64,000 nt of DNA from Vicinamibacteria bacterium. Its GTDB lineage: Bacteria; Acidobacteriota; Vicinamibacteria; Fen-336. The DNA lies in contig JBGPBV010000020.1 in assembly GCA_041481445.1 (NCBI GenBank), forward strand, positions 288 to 64,287, read 5' to 3'. Every line of letters begins with the position of its first letter. The first letter of the stretch is position 1. A program made the position numbers and the translations under genes. Shown here in pieces: positions 54,111 through 64,000 of this stretch. A model generated the notes under the pieces. The model was given only the letters and a program-made list of their open reading frames with translations, made no database searches and had not been told where the DNA came from.

Positions 54111-56628
54111 CGGCGCGGAAGCGCACCCAGGCGTCCTTGGCGCGGACCTCCACCGGCACCACGCTGGCGCGGCCGAGGTCCTCCCCCGCGGACATCGGAA
54201 GCACGAGCGTCGACTCCCGCTCCGGCCCGAGCGCCACCTCGCGGCCGAACCATCGGAGAAGGTCGCCCGCCCGGGCCTCCGCCCGGCGGACGTCCACGCG
54301 CACCGACACCGCGGCCGGACCGTCCACCAGGAACAGCCCCTCCGGCCCTGCCAGCCGGAACCCGCCGTCCTCGGGCGCGCTGCGGTCGACGGCGGTCGCG
54401 CGCACCACCGGCCCGCCGACGCGATAGCGGTCCTCGAGCGCGAACATCGGGTACGGGAACTCGCCACGCACACGCCGCGGGACGAGGGCCTCGGGCACGA
54501 CGCGCGCCTCGTCGAGCCGCGCGCGCCCGGCCTCGCCGATCGCGGTGAGGCCCACCTGCCGCGCGCCGCCGGGCAGGAGCAGGGGGAACGCCGCCGCGGG
54601 CTGGGCGTCGGTGAGAACGGCCTCCCCCAGGGGCAGCTCGGCCGCGTACAGCTCGATCACCATCCGGAACGGACCTGGCTCCACGCCCGCGGCGCGCAGC
54701 TCGACGCGATAGGCGCCGGGAGGCAGGCCCGTCCGCCGCGAGTTGCGCTGCTGGCCCGCGGACAGGACCCACGGCCCCTTCTGCAGCTCGATCGGCAGAG
54801 CCAGCGCGCGCAGGCTGGGCGGTCCCATGGGACCGCCCCAGTTGTCCGGATCCCAGCGGTCGATCACGTCCTCGGTGGCCACGCGCTGGTCCACGAGCGG
54901 ACGGTCGCGCACCGCGCCCGCCACGAGCGCGCAGGCGGCGCAGCCGGCCACCAGCCCCGGCACGCGGAAGCGCCAGGCGAGCGCGACGGCGGCGGCGATG
55001 GTGACGGCGAGGACGACCGTCCCGAGGTCGCGCTCGAAGAACGAGGGCAGGAACGCGTCGAGGTCGACCGACGGGGCCAGGTTCCGCAGGAGGAGGCTCT
55101 CGCCGTCCGGACGGTTGTGCAGGATGCGGGGCGCGTCCGCGGCCAGCCCGACCAGGACCAGGCCGCAGGCGCCGAGAAGGGCGGCGGCGTCCTTGCGCGC
55201 CCGGGCCGCGGGGGCGGCGGCGAGCGCGAGGGCAGGCAGGGCGGGCAGGAGGAAGCGCGCGGGCGGGCTCGACCCGCCCCACCACGTCGTGAACGCGCCT
55301 CCCACCACGAGGGGCACCGCCGTGAGCACGAGGGCGCGCAGCGCGTCGCCCGTTCGCCGCCGCAGGAGCCAGAAGAGCCCCGGAAAGGCGAGAAGCCACG
55401 CGGGCGCGGACGTGAGCAGGCCGAACTGCCGGTCGAGCAGCAGCGCGGAGGCGCCCCAGGGCACGCGGCCGAGATCGATGTCGGGCGGGCCGAAGGCCGC
55501 GGACAGTGAGGCCGCGCCGTACGTGACACGGAAGTACCACAGCAGGCCCGCCACCATCGCCCCGGAGACGGCGACCGCGAGCGCGCGGACGCGCCACGAC
55601 ACGGGTCGCAGCAGGGTCAGGAGCAGGCCGGCGGCGCCGAGGGGGAGGAACTTCGAGTGCAGCCAGGGCATCGCGCCCGCGGCCGCGGCCGCGAGGAGAC
55701 AGCGGCGCCATCCCGGCCGGCCGCGCGCCGCCCACAGGAAGATCGCGGTGCCCAGCGCCGCCGGCAGCTCCGGGTACACGCTCACGGCGTAGATCGGCAT
55801 CGGGGGCGTGAACGTGAACAGCGCCCAGGCCAGCGCCGCCGCCTTGTCCCCCGCCGCGTCCAGGGTGACGCGGTGCACGAGCAGGCCGGCCAGCGCCGCC
55901 ATCGCGCACAGCACGAGCTGCGCGCCGCGCAGGGAGCCCAGCCCATAGCCGGGCAGGATCAGCAGGGGCAGGCCGGGCGAGTGCAGGGAGAAGAGGCGCC
56001 CTTCCGGCGTGGAGGGCGACGGGTGCGGGGCGAGCCGGCCGGGGAAGAACGCGGAGTACTCCTGGCGCGCGAACTCGTCCGTGAGGTCGAGATCACGGTC
56101 CGTCCAGAGGCTGTGCGCCATCACGAGGTAGTGCGGCTCGTCCCCCTGGGGACCGGCGGGGCCGGGGATGCGCCCGCTGAGGGCGGCGTCGAACGCAAAC
56201 GCGGAGAGGAGCAGGACCACGGCCGGGACGGGGCCCGGCTCCCCCACCGCGATCGCGCGCGCGAGCGCGAGCCCGACCACCCCTCCCGCCACCAGCGACA
56301 GGACCGGGCCCTGGATGGCGAGCAGGGCCAGACCATGGCCGGTGTACACGGGAAGGAGCGGGGCGCCGGCCAGCGCGAAACCGAGCAGGGGCGTGCGCCA
56401 CCGTCGCGGCGCCCGATGCGTGGCCACGGCGAAGGCAAGGCCGCCCACGATGGCCAGGATCACGCGCGTCGCGCCGGGCGGGTCCGAGATCCCTCGCCAC
56501 ACCCCCTGGCCGGCGGTGACGACGTGGAACCGCGCGTCCCACAGCGCCAGGGCCAGCGCCACCGAGAGAGCCACGCCGGCGCTGAGGACGACGTCCGGTC
56601 GTCGGGGCGGGAGTGTCGGCGTGGCCAT
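54094..56628 (-). CDS. GT-C glycosyltransferase-like polytopic membrane protein with C-terminal periplasmic domains
   Basis: GDEPHYLVMAHSLWTDRDLDL, HSPGLPLL, YPELPA, LLDRQFGLL, WWGGSSPPARFLLP. Confidence 0.7.
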   Translation of the reverse strand: MATPTLPPRRPDVVLSAGVALSVALALALWDARFHVVTAGQGVWRGISDPPGATRVILAIVGGLAFAVATHRAPRRWRTPLLGFALAGAPLLPVYTGHGLALLAIQGPVLSLVAGGVVGLALARAIAVGEPGPVPAVVLLLSAFAFDAALSGRIPGPAGPQGDEPHYLVMAHSLWTDRDLDLTDEFARQEYSAFFPGRLAPHPSPSTPEGRLFSLHSPGLPLLILPGYGLGSLRGAQLVLCAMAALAGLLVHRVTLDAAGDKAAALAWALFTFTPPMPIYAVSVYPELPAALGTAIFLWAARGRPGWRRCLLAAAAAGAMPWLHSKFLPLGAAGLLLTLLRPVSWRVRALAVAVSGAMVAGLLWYFRVTYGAASLSAAFGPPDIDLGRVPWGASALLLDRQFGLLTSAPAWLLAFPGLFWLLRRRTGDALRALVLTAVPLVVGGAFTTWWGGSSPPARFLLPALPALALAAAPAARARKDAAALLGACGLVLVGLAADAPRILHNRPDGESLLLRNLAPSVDLDAFLPSFFERDLGTVVLAVTIAAAVALAWRFRVPGLVAGCAACALVAGAVRDRPLVDQRVATEDVIDRWDPDNWGGPMGPPSLRALALPIELQKGPWVLSAGQQRNSRRTGLPPGAYRVELRAAGVEPGPFRMVIELYAAELPLGEAVLTDAQPAAAFPLLLPGGARQVGLTAIGEAGRARLDEARVVPEALVPRRVRGEFPYPMFALEDRYRVGGPVVRATAVDRSAPEDGGFRLAGPEGLFLVDGPAAVSVRVDVRRAEARAGDLLRWFGREVALGPERESTLVLPMSAGEDLGRASVVPVEVRAKDAWVRFRAATGAP

Positions 56629-56691
56629 GGCGGCGCCAGTATCGCAAATGACGGCGCCACGCCCGTATCATCGAGAGGGGGGCCCCTTGGC

Positions 56692-57669
56692 ATGACCAGC
56701 ATCCTCAAGCTGCCCGACGTCTGGCGCGTCACCCGCGAGATGGACCTCGAGTCCATCCGGCGCGACGCCCTTGGCCGGTTCCGGATCCTGCTCCTGGCCG
56801 GGCCCGCGACCGCGGCGGAGGCGGCGGCCCGGCTCCTCTCCGGCGGGGACGTCCATCCGTGGCTCGAGGTCCGGGCTCCCGGCGACCTCGATCCGACCGG
56901 CGAGGAGGCGGCCACGATCACGGCCGTGGTGGCTCTCACCGGGAGCGAAGCCGTGTCGCCCGCCCTGGCCACGGCCATCGAGACCCTGGGACGGAAGAGC
57001 GTCCCCCTCGTCACCGTGGTCGTGGGCGAGAGCCGGAATGTCCACGCCGTCGCGCGCGCGGGCGAGACCGCGCGCGTCCTCGTGCCGTCGCTCGACGAGG
57101 ACGGTCTCGACACGATCGCGGGCGCGCTCGTGGCCGCCGTCCCCCCCGGCGTCCGCCTCGCCCTGGCCCGCCAGCTCCCGCCCCTCCGCCCGGCCGTGTT
57201 CGACCGTCTCATCGACGAGACGGCGCGGGCGAACGCGACCTACGCGTTCACGGCCGCGATGGCGGAGACGGTGCCCATCCTCGACGTGCCCCTCAACATC
57301 GCGGACATCCTCGTCCTCACCAAGAACCAGCTCCTGATGGGCTACAAGATCGCGCTCGGCGCGGGCAAGAGCGGGCGCGCGCGCGACCTGATCGGCGAGG
57401 TGCTGGGCGTGGTGGGGGGCGGGTTCCTGATGCGCCAGGCCGCGCGCCAGCTCGTGGGCCTGATCCCCGTGGTCGGGCTCGTCCCGAAGGTCGCGATCGC
57501 CTATACCGGCACCTGGGCGATCGGACGGGCGGTGGTCGTCTGGGCCATCCAGGGCCGCAAGCTCTCGCCCCGCGCGATCGGGAAGCTGACGCGCGAGATG
57601 GCGGGGCGCGGCCGCGAGTTCGCACGCAGCCTCATCGGCCAGCGCAAGCGCTCAGCGGCCGCGAAGTAG
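56692..57669 (+). CDS. DUF697/YcjF-like protein
   Basis: LIDETARANA...ADILVLTKNQLLMGYKIA...RQAARQLVGLIP...VAIAYTGTWAIG. Confidence 0.7.
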   Translation: MTSILKLPDVWRVTREMDLESIRRDALGRFRILLLAGPATAAEAAARLLSGGDVHPWLEVRAPGDLDPTGEEAATITAVVALTGSEAVSPALATAIETLGRKSVPLVTVVVGESRNVHAVARAGETARVLVPSLDEDGLDTIAGALVAAVPPGVRLALARQLPPLRPAVFDRLIDETARANATYAFTAAMAETVPILDVPLNIADILVLTKNQLLMGYKIALGAGKSGRARDLIGEVLGVVGGGFLMRQAARQLVGLIPVVGLVPKVAIAYTGTWAIGRAVVVWAIQGRKLSPRAIGKLTREMAGRGREFARSLIGQRKRSAAAK

Positions 57670-58368
57670 GGAGGCGGCCTCGGCGTCGAGCAGGAACCAG
57701 GCGCGCCGGGCCTCCCGCGCGACGATGGCGACGGGCAGGGTCGAGAACGGATCCTCGATCGCCTCACGGATGACGGCGGCCTTGGCCTGCCCCAGTGCGA
57801 CGACGACGACCTCGTTCGCGGCGGCCAGGACCGGCCGGGTGAGGGTCAGGCGACGGGGCGGCGGCTTGGGTGAGTCGTCGATGACCGCGACCAGCCGTCG
57901 CTCCTCGGCGAGGACCGGATGGCCCGGGAACAGCGAGCACACGTGGCCGTCCGGACCCACGCCGAGCAGGACCAGGTCCAGGCGCGGCGGCGTTCCCGCG
58001 ACGCGCTGGAGCTCCGCCTCGTAGTCCGCGGCCGCCCTCGCGGGAAGGGCGGCGTCGGCGGCCATGCGATGGATGCGCGCGGAGGGCACCCGGGCGGGAT
58101 CGAGCCAGAGAGCGCGCGCGACCCCGTAGTTCGACTCCGGGTCCGAGGGAGGAACCGCGCGCTCGTCCCCCCAGAAGAACTCCGTGCGCGACCAGTCGAG
58201 AGGAAGGCGGGCCAGGCGGGGGAAGAACGTCGTGGCCACCGACCCTCCGGGCAGGGCCAGCGAGAACGAGCCGCGCACGCCCGTGGCCGCCCGCCCGGCC
58301 TCGAGGACGCGGTGGGCCAGGCCCTCGACCAGGGACGCCGTCTTGTCAACCAGCGTTTCCGGGGGCAT
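57652..58368 (-). CDS. pgl: 6-phosphogluconolactonase
   Basis: ALPGGS, FFWGDERAVP...SNY, LLGVGPDGHVCSLFP, SPKPPPRRLTLT. Confidence 0.93.
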   Translation of the reverse strand: MPPETLVDKTASLVEGLAHRVLEAGRAATGVRGSFSLALPGGSVATTFFPRLARLPLDWSRTEFFWGDERAVPPSDPESNYGVARALWLDPARVPSARIHRMAADAALPARAAADYEAELQRVAGTPPRLDLVLLGVGPDGHVCSLFPGHPVLAEERRLVAVIDDSPKPPPRRLTLTRPVLAAANEVVVVALGQAKAAVIREAIEDPFSTLPVAIVAREARRAWFLLDAEAASLLRGR

Positions 58369-58409
58369 AGTACCCGCTCCGCCGTGCGACGGTACTACAC
58401 CCCCGAAGG

Positions 58410-60476
58410 ATGAGCATGCCCACCCCGGATCTCGACACCCTCTCGATCAACACCATCCGGACGCTCTCGATGGACGCGGTCCAGCAGGCCAACTCCGGCC
58501 ATCCGGGGACTCCGATGGCCATGGCCCCCGTGGCCTATGCCCTCTGGCAGCGGCACCTCCGCTTCGACCCCGCCGACCCCATCTGGCCCAACCGCGACCG
58601 CTTCGTCCTGTCCATGGGCCACGCGTCGATGCTGCTCTACTCGATGCTCCACCTCACCGGCGTGCGGGCGGTGAACCCGCAGTACGAGGCCCTGGGCGAG
58701 CCGTCCGTCCCCCTCGAGTCGATCAAGCGCTTCCGGCAGCTCGACAGCAAGTGTCCCGGCCACCCCGAGTACCGCTGGACGTCCGGCGTGGAGACGACGA
58801 CGGGCCCCCTGGGCCAGGGCGTGGCCACCAGCGTCGGCATGGCCATCGCGGGAAAGTGGATGGCCGCCCACTTCAACCGGCCCGACTTCGCGATGTTCGA
58901 CTTCGACGTGTACGCGCTCTGCGGAGACGGATGCCTGATGGAGGGCGTGTCGCAGGAGGCGGCCTCGCTGGCCGGGCACCTCAAGCTCGACAACCTGTGC
59001 TGGATCTACGACAACAACCGCATCACGATCGAGGGCTCCACCGCGCTCGCCTTCAGCGACGACGTGGCCACGCGCTTCATCGGCTACGGCTGGAACGTGA
59101 CGCGGGTCGGCGACGCCAACGACCTGGCCATGCTCGATCGGGCGTTCGAGACGGCCAAGAAGACCACGGACCGCCCGACCCTCGTCATCGTGGACAGCCA
59201 CATCGGCTACGGCGCGCCCACCAAGCAGGACAGCCACGCCGCCCACGGCGAGCCGCTCGGCGAGGACGAGATCCGCCTGACCAAGCAGTTCTACGGCTGG
59301 CCGCCGGAGGCGAAGTTCCTCGTCCCCGAGGAGGTGCGCCAGCACTTCGCGGCCGGGATCGGCGCGCGCGGGGCCACCCTGCGCAGGGAGTGGATGGACC
59401 GCTTCGCCGCCTACAAGGCGAAGTACCCGGCGGAAGCGGACGCCCTCTATCGGATGCAGCACCGGCAGCTTCCGGAAGGGTGGGACAAGGACATCCCCGT
59501 CTTCCCCGCCGACCCCAAGGGCATGGCCGGGCGCGAGGCCTCGGCCAAGGTGCTCAATGCCATCGGCAAGAACGTGCCCTGGCTCGTCGGTGGCTCCGCC
59601 GACCTCACGCCCTCCACCAAGACCCGCCTCACCTTCGACGGCGCGGGCGACTTCGAGGCGGGCAGCTACGGCGGGCGGAACCTGCACTTCGGGATCCGCG
59701 AGCACGCGATGGGCTCCGTGCTCAACGGCCTCTCCCTGTCGAAGGTGCGGCCCTACGGCTCGGGGTTCCTGATCTTCAGCGACTACGGGCGTCCGGCCAT
59801 CCGCCTGGCCGCCATCATGGAGATCCCCGTCATCTACGTGTTCACGCACGACTCGATCGGCGTGGGCGAGGACGGCCCGACGCATCAGCCGATCGAGCAG
59901 ATCCTCTCCCTGCGCGCGATACCGGGGCTGGTGAACATCCGGCCGGGGGACGCGAACGAGGTGTCGGAGGCCTGGCGCGTGATCATGCAGTTCCGGCACG
60001 AGCCGGTGTGCCTGATCCTGACCCGGCAGGCCCTCCCCACCTTCGACCGCTCGAAGTATGCTCCGGCCTCGGGGCTGGCCAAGGGCGCCTACGTGCTCGC
60101 CGACGCGCCGGGCGGACGCCCGGAGGTGCTGCTGCTCGCCACCGGGAGCGAAGTGAGCCTGTGCGCGGCCGCCCACGAGATCCTGGTCAAGGAGGGCGTC
60201 CAGAGCCGCGTGGTGAGCATGCCGTCGTGGGAGCTCTTCGAGCACCAGGGCCAGGACTACAAGGACTCCGTGCTGCCGCCCTCCGTGACCGCGCGCGTCT
60301 CCGTCGAGCAGGCGGCCACCCTGGGCTGGGAGCGCTACGTCGGCCTCACCGGCCGGACGATCGGGATGCGGACCTTCGGCGCCTCCGCCCCCCTCAAGGA
60401 GCTGCAGAAGAAGTTCGGGTTCGACCCCGAGAGCGTGGCCGCGGCCGCGCGCGAGCAGCTCGGCCGGAAGAGATGA
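58410..60476 (+). CDS. tkt: Transketolase
   Basis: DAVQQANSGHPG, NRDRFVLS, GHPE, TTGPLGQG, GDGCLMEG, FGIREHAM, THDSIGVGEDGPTHQP. Confidence 0.97.
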   Translation: MSMPTPDLDTLSINTIRTLSMDAVQQANSGHPGTPMAMAPVAYALWQRHLRFDPADPIWPNRDRFVLSMGHASMLLYSMLHLTGVRAVNPQYEALGEPSVPLESIKRFRQLDSKCPGHPEYRWTSGVETTTGPLGQGVATSVGMAIAGKWMAAHFNRPDFAMFDFDVYALCGDGCLMEGVSQEAASLAGHLKLDNLCWIYDNNRITIEGSTALAFSDDVATRFIGYGWNVTRVGDANDLAMLDRAFETAKKTTDRPTLVIVDSHIGYGAPTKQDSHAAHGEPLGEDEIRLTKQFYGWPPEAKFLVPEEVRQHFAAGIGARGATLRREWMDRFAAYKAKYPAEADALYRMQHRQLPEGWDKDIPVFPADPKGMAGREASAKVLNAIGKNVPWLVGGSADLTPSTKTRLTFDGAGDFEAGSYGGRNLHFGIREHAMGSVLNGLSLSKVRPYGSGFLIFSDYGRPAIRLAAIMEIPVIYVFTHDSIGVGEDGPTHQPIEQILSLRAIPGLVNIRPGDANEVSEAWRVIMQFRHEPVCLILTRQALPTFDRSKYAPASGLAKGAYVLADAPGGRPEVLLLATGSEVSLCAAAHEILVKEGVQSRVVSMPSWELFEHQGQDYKDSVLPPSVTARVSVEQAATLGWERYVGLTGRTIGMRTFGASAPLKELQKKFGFDPESVAAAAREQLGRKR

Positions 60477-60922
60477 AGATCGCCGTCGGCTCCGACCATG
60501 CCGGTTTCAGCCTGAAGCAGGAGGTGGCGGAGTCCCTGCGCGCGCAGGGCCACGACGTGGTGGACGTGGGCACCAGCTCCACCGCGCCCGTGGACTACCC
60601 CGACTACGCGGAGGCGGTGGCCCTGGCCGTGCGCGACGGGGGCGCGGAGCGGGCGGTGCTCGTCTGCGGGAGCGGGGTGGGGGCCTGCGTGGCCGCCAAC
60701 AAGGTGCCCGGCATCCGGGCCGCCATCTGCCACGACGTGTACTCCGCCCACCAGGGCGTCGAGCACGACGACATGAACGTCCTGGTCCTGGGCGGTCGCA
60801 TCATCGGGTCCGCCGTCGCCCACGAGCTCGTGCGGGCCTTCGTCGCCGCGCGCTACACCGGCGAGGAGCGCCACGCGCGCCGCCTGGCCAAGGTGCTGGC
60901 CATCGAGGCGCGCTACCGATAG
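60473..60922 (+). CDS. rpiB: Ribose-5-phosphate isomerase B
   Basis: MKIAVGSDHAG, DYPDYA, CGSGVG, ANKVPGIRAA, ERHARRL; ATGA overlap with tkt. Confidence 0.95.
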   Translation: MKIAVGSDHAGFSLKQEVAESLRAQGHDVVDVGTSSTAPVDYPDYAEAVALAVRDGGAERAVLVCGSGVGACVAANKVPGIRAAICHDVYSAHQGVEHDDMNVLVLGGRIIGSAVAHELVRAFVAARYTGEERHARRLAKVLAIEARYR

Positions 60923-60958
60923 GACGCGGGCCGGTGCGGCCCGCCGGGAGGAGACGTG

Positions 60959-63838
60959 ATGGGTACCACGACCGTGCAATCGTCGGCGGCCACCAGCAAG
61001 GTGGCCGCCCTGCGCCAGTACGGGCAATCCGTCTGGCTGGACTTCATCCGCCGTACGTTGATCCGCGGCGGCGAGCTCAAGCGGCTCGTCGACGAGGACG
61101 GGCTCGGGGGCGTGACCTCCAATCCCGCCATCTTCGAGAAGGCGATCGAGGGCAGCGACGACTACCGCGACGCGATCGAGGAGATCTCCAAGGACCCGGC
61201 CCTCTCCCCCAAGGACGTCTTCGAGCGGCTGGCCGTCAAGGACATCCAGGACGCGGCGGACGTGCTGCGGCCGGTCTACGACCGGACCAAGGCCCGGGAC
61301 GGCTACGTGTCGCTGGAGGTGGCTCCCGACCTGGCCAGCGACACCCGGGGCACGCTGGAAGAGGCGCGCCGCCTCTGGCAGGCGGTGGGCCGGCCGAACC
61401 TCATGATCAAGGTCCCGGCCACCCCGGAGGGCCGGCCCGCCATCCGCACCCTGCTCACCGAGGGCATCAACGTCAACATCACGCTCCTCTTCGCGCGCGA
61501 GGCCTACGAGGAGGTCGCGCAGGCCTACCTGGAGGCGCTCCAGGCCCGCGCCGCCGCCGGCCAGCCCGTCGACCGCATCGCCAGCGTGGCCAGCTTCTTC
61601 GTGAGCCGCATCGACACCGCCGTAGACGCCCAGCTCGAGGAGAAGATGAAGACGGCCACGGGCCCGGACAAGGCGCGCATGCTGCGCCTGCTGGGCAAGG
61701 TCGCCATCGCCAACGCCAAGGTCGCCTACCAGAGCTACAAGAAGACCTTCTCCGGTCCCGCCTGGGAGCCGCTCGCGAACAAGGGCGCGCAGACCCAGCG
61801 CGTGCTCTGGGCCAGCACCGGCACCAAGAACCCGAGCTACCGCGACACGATCTACGTGGAGGAGCTGATCGGGGCCGACACCGTCAACACGGTTCCCCCC
61901 GACACCCTCGGCGCCTTCCGCGACCACGGCCGCCTCCGCGCGAGCCTGGAGGAGGACGTGACGGGGGCCATGGACCTCCTCGACGACCTCGAGAAGTGCG
62001 GCATCTCCCTCGAGAAGGTGACGGACGACCTCCTCACCGACGGGCTCAAGAAGTTCGTGGACCCGTTCACGAAGCTGCTCAAGGCCGTGCAGCGCCGCTG
62101 CCGGGAGGCCAACAAGGCGCGCATCAACGTCCAGACCCATTCCCTGCCCAAGTCCCTCGGCGACGAGGTCGCCCTCAAGCTCAAGGAGTGGGACGCACAG
62201 GGCGGCACCCGGCGGCTGTGGGCGGGCGACGCCTCGCTGTGGACGGGCTCCGACGAGGCGAGATGGATCGGGTGGATCGGCGTCGTCCAGCAGCAGCTCG
62301 ACGACCTCACGCCGCTGCGCACGCTGCAGGAGGAGGTCCGCAAGGGAGGCTTCACGCACGTCCTGCTGCTCGGGATGGGCGGCTCCAGCCTCTGCCCCGA
62401 GGTGTGGAAGGAGACCTTCCGGCGCGTCGAAGGGTCGCCCGAGCTGTTCGTGCTCGACTCGACCGATCCCGCGCAGGTCAAGGCCTTCGAGGACAAGATC
62501 GACCTCGGCAAGACGCTCTTCATCGTGTCGAGCAAGTCCGGCTCCACCCTGGAGCCCAACATCTTCAAGGCCTACTTCTTCGACAAGGTGAAGCAGAAGC
62601 TGGGGGACAGGGCGGGGGGGCGGTTCATCACCGTGACCGATCCCGGCTCCAACCTGGAGAAAGAGGCCCGCGGCGACGGCTTCCGCCACATCCTGCCCGG
62701 CGTGAAGACGATCGGCGGCCGCTACTCGGCCCTGAGCAACTTCGGAATGGTCCCGGCCGCGGCCATGGGCCTGGACGTGGGACGGCTGCTCGACGAGGCG
62801 GAGCGCATGGTGCACGCCTGTGCGCCGGGCGTGCCCGCCGAGGACAACCCCGGGCTCGTGCTCGGCACCATCCTGGGCCTCGCCCACAACCACAAGATCG
62901 ACAAGCTGACGCTGGTGGCCTCCCCCGGCCTGCACGACCTCGGGGCCTGGCTCGAGCAGCTCCTGGCGGAGTCGACGGGCAAGGAGGGCAAGGGCATCGT
63001 CCCCGTGGACCGCGAGCACCTCGGACCTCCGGAGGCCTACGGCGACGACCGCGTCTTCGCCTACCTGCGGCTCGAGGAGGCGCCCGACGCCTCTCAGGAC
63101 GCCGCCATGGGCGCGCTCGAGAAGGCGGGCCAGCCGGTGGTGCGCATCCAGGTGGCCACGAAGTACGACCTGGCCGAGGAGTTCGTGCGCTGGGAGGTGG
63201 CCACCGCGATCGCGGGGGCGATCATGGGCATCAACCCCTTCAACCAGCCCGACGTGGAGGCCAGCAAGCTGGCCACGCGCGCGCTCACCTCGGAGTACGA
63301 GAAGACGGGCCGCCTGCCGGCGGAACAGCCCTTCTACGAGGGCGAGGGCGTCAAGCTGTTCGCGGACACGCGCAACGCGGAGGCCCTCCAGGGCGCGGTG
63401 AAGGCGCCGTCGCTGGCCGCCTACTTGAAGGCGCACCTCGGCCGCCTGGGCCCGGGCGACTACTTCGGCCTGCTCGCCTACGTCGAGATGAACGGCGCCC
63501 ACGAGGAGGCCTTGCAGGCCGCCCGGCATCGCGTGCGGGACGGCAAGAAGGTCGCGACCTGCCTGGGCTTCGGGCCGCGCTTCCTGCACTCCACCGGCCA
63601 GGCCTACAAGGGCGGCCCCAACAGCGGAGTGTTCCTGCAGGTCACCTGCGACGACGCGCGCGACCTGCCCGTGCCCGGCTCCAAGTACACCTTCGGCGTG
63701 GTGAAGGCGGCCCAGGCGCGCGGCGATTTCCAGGTCCTGGCCGAGCGCCACCGGCGCGCCCTGCGCGTCCACCTCGGTGCGGACGTGGCCGCCGGCCTGC
63801 GCACGCTGGGGGCGGCGATCGAGAAGGCGCTTTCATAA
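60959..63838 (+). CDS. Bifunctional transaldolase / glucose-6-phosphate isomerase
   Basis: Tal half: [36 protein letters not shown]. Pgi half: [35 protein letters not shown]. Confidence 0.93.
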   Translation: MGTTTVQSSAATSKVAALRQYGQSVWLDFIRRTLIRGGELKRLVDEDGLGGVTSNPAIFEKAIEGSDDYRDAIEEISKDPALSPKDVFERLAVKDIQDAADVLRPVYDRTKARDGYVSLEVAPDLASDTRGTLEEARRLWQAVGRPNLMIKVPATPEGRPAIRTLLTEGINVNITLLFAREAYEEVAQAYLEALQARAAAGQPVDRIASVASFFVSRIDTAVDAQLEEKMKTATGPDKARMLRLLGKVAIANAKVAYQSYKKTFSGPAWEPLANKGAQTQRVLWASTGTKNPSYRDTIYVEELIGADTVNTVPPDTLGAFRDHGRLRASLEEDVTGAMDLLDDLEKCGISLEKVTDDLLTDGLKKFVDPFTKLLKAVQRRCREANKARINVQTHSLPKSLGDEVALKLKEWDAQGGTRRLWAGDASLWTGSDEARWIGWIGVVQQQLDDLTPLRTLQEEVRKGGFTHVLLLGMGGSSLCPEVWKETFRRVEGSPELFVLDSTDPAQVKAFEDKIDLGKTLFIVSSKSGSTLEPNIFKAYFFDKVKQKLGDRAGGRFITVTDPGSNLEKEARGDGFRHILPGVKTIGGRYSALSNFGMVPAAAMGLDVGRLLDEAERMVHACAPGVPAEDNPGLVLGTILGLAHNHKIDKLTLVASPGLHDLGAWLEQLLAESTGKEGKGIVPVDREHLGPPEAYGDDRVFAYLRLEEAPDASQDAAMGALEKAGQPVVRIQVATKYDLAEEFVRWEVATAIAGAIMGINPFNQPDVEASKLATRALTSEYEKTGRLPAEQPFYEGEGVKLFADTRNAEALQGAVKAPSLAAYLKAHLGRLGPGDYFGLLAYVEMNGAHEEALQAARHRVRDGKKVATCLGFGPRFLHSTGQAYKGGPNSGVFLQVTCDDARDLPVPGSKYTFGVVKAAQARGDFQVLAERHRRALRVHLGADVAAGLRTLGAAIEKALS

Positions 63839-63854
63839 GGGGAAAGGCAAACCA

Positions 63855-64000
63855 ATGCAGTTCGGCATGATCGGTCTCGGGCGCATGGGCGCCAACATGG
63901 TGCGGCGCCTCATGCGCAGCGGGCACAAGTGCGTCGTCTACGACCGCTCCGCTTCGGCGGTCGAGGGCCTGGCCAAGGAGGGCGCGACGGGGTCCTCCTC
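63855..64000 (+). CDS. gnd: Decarboxylating 6-phosphogluconate dehydrogenase, 5' fragment
   Basis: [32 protein letters not shown]; continues out of the window; pentose phosphate context. Confidence 0.85.
   Translation, partial: MQFGMIGLGRMGANMVRRLMRSGHKCVVYDRSASAVEGLAKEGATGSS

Noticed and set aside
60959-63838. Tal-Pgi fusion as a novelty
   Set aside because: This bifunctional fusion is already known, for example in acetic acid bacteria.

Overview
Very GC-rich, gene-dense bacterial chromosome segment. Gene content (acidobacterial-type VWA protein, Oar-like TonB-dependent receptor, futalosine menaquinone genes) suggests Acidobacteriota, probably Vicinamibacteria; this is inference. I saw no rRNA, tRNA, CRISPR array or mobile element. 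Main blocks: (1) a GT-C glycosyltransferase divergent from lolA coupled to a lipoprotein secretin; (2) lpdA, an E2 acyltransferase with very long Pro/Ala linkers, and lipB; (3) futalosine-pathway menaquinone genes (mqnE-mqnA-mqnC; deaminase-mqnP-menG; ubiD), split by an envelope module (VWA protein, TonB-dependent receptor with a sigma54/IHF/UAS-like promoter, exported hypothetical proteins, TPR protein); (4) a 12-gene type IV filament / T2SS-like operon (pilC, pilB, pilMNO-like, two GspG-like pilins, PilP-like, TPR-secretin-cohesin, Ig-like lipoprotein, lytic transglycosylase, non-E5 pilin), with HK-RR-PP2C upstream and a stand-alone STN-domain gene facing its end; (5) two more GT-C-like proteins, glucose dehydrogenase, smpB, pdxA; (6) a pentose phosphate cluster (pgl, tkt, rpiB, tal-pgi, partial gnd). 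The best candidate for an undescribed system is the type IV filament operon together with its second, LolA-coupled secretin paralog. All calls come from reading motifs by eye; no database searches were run.
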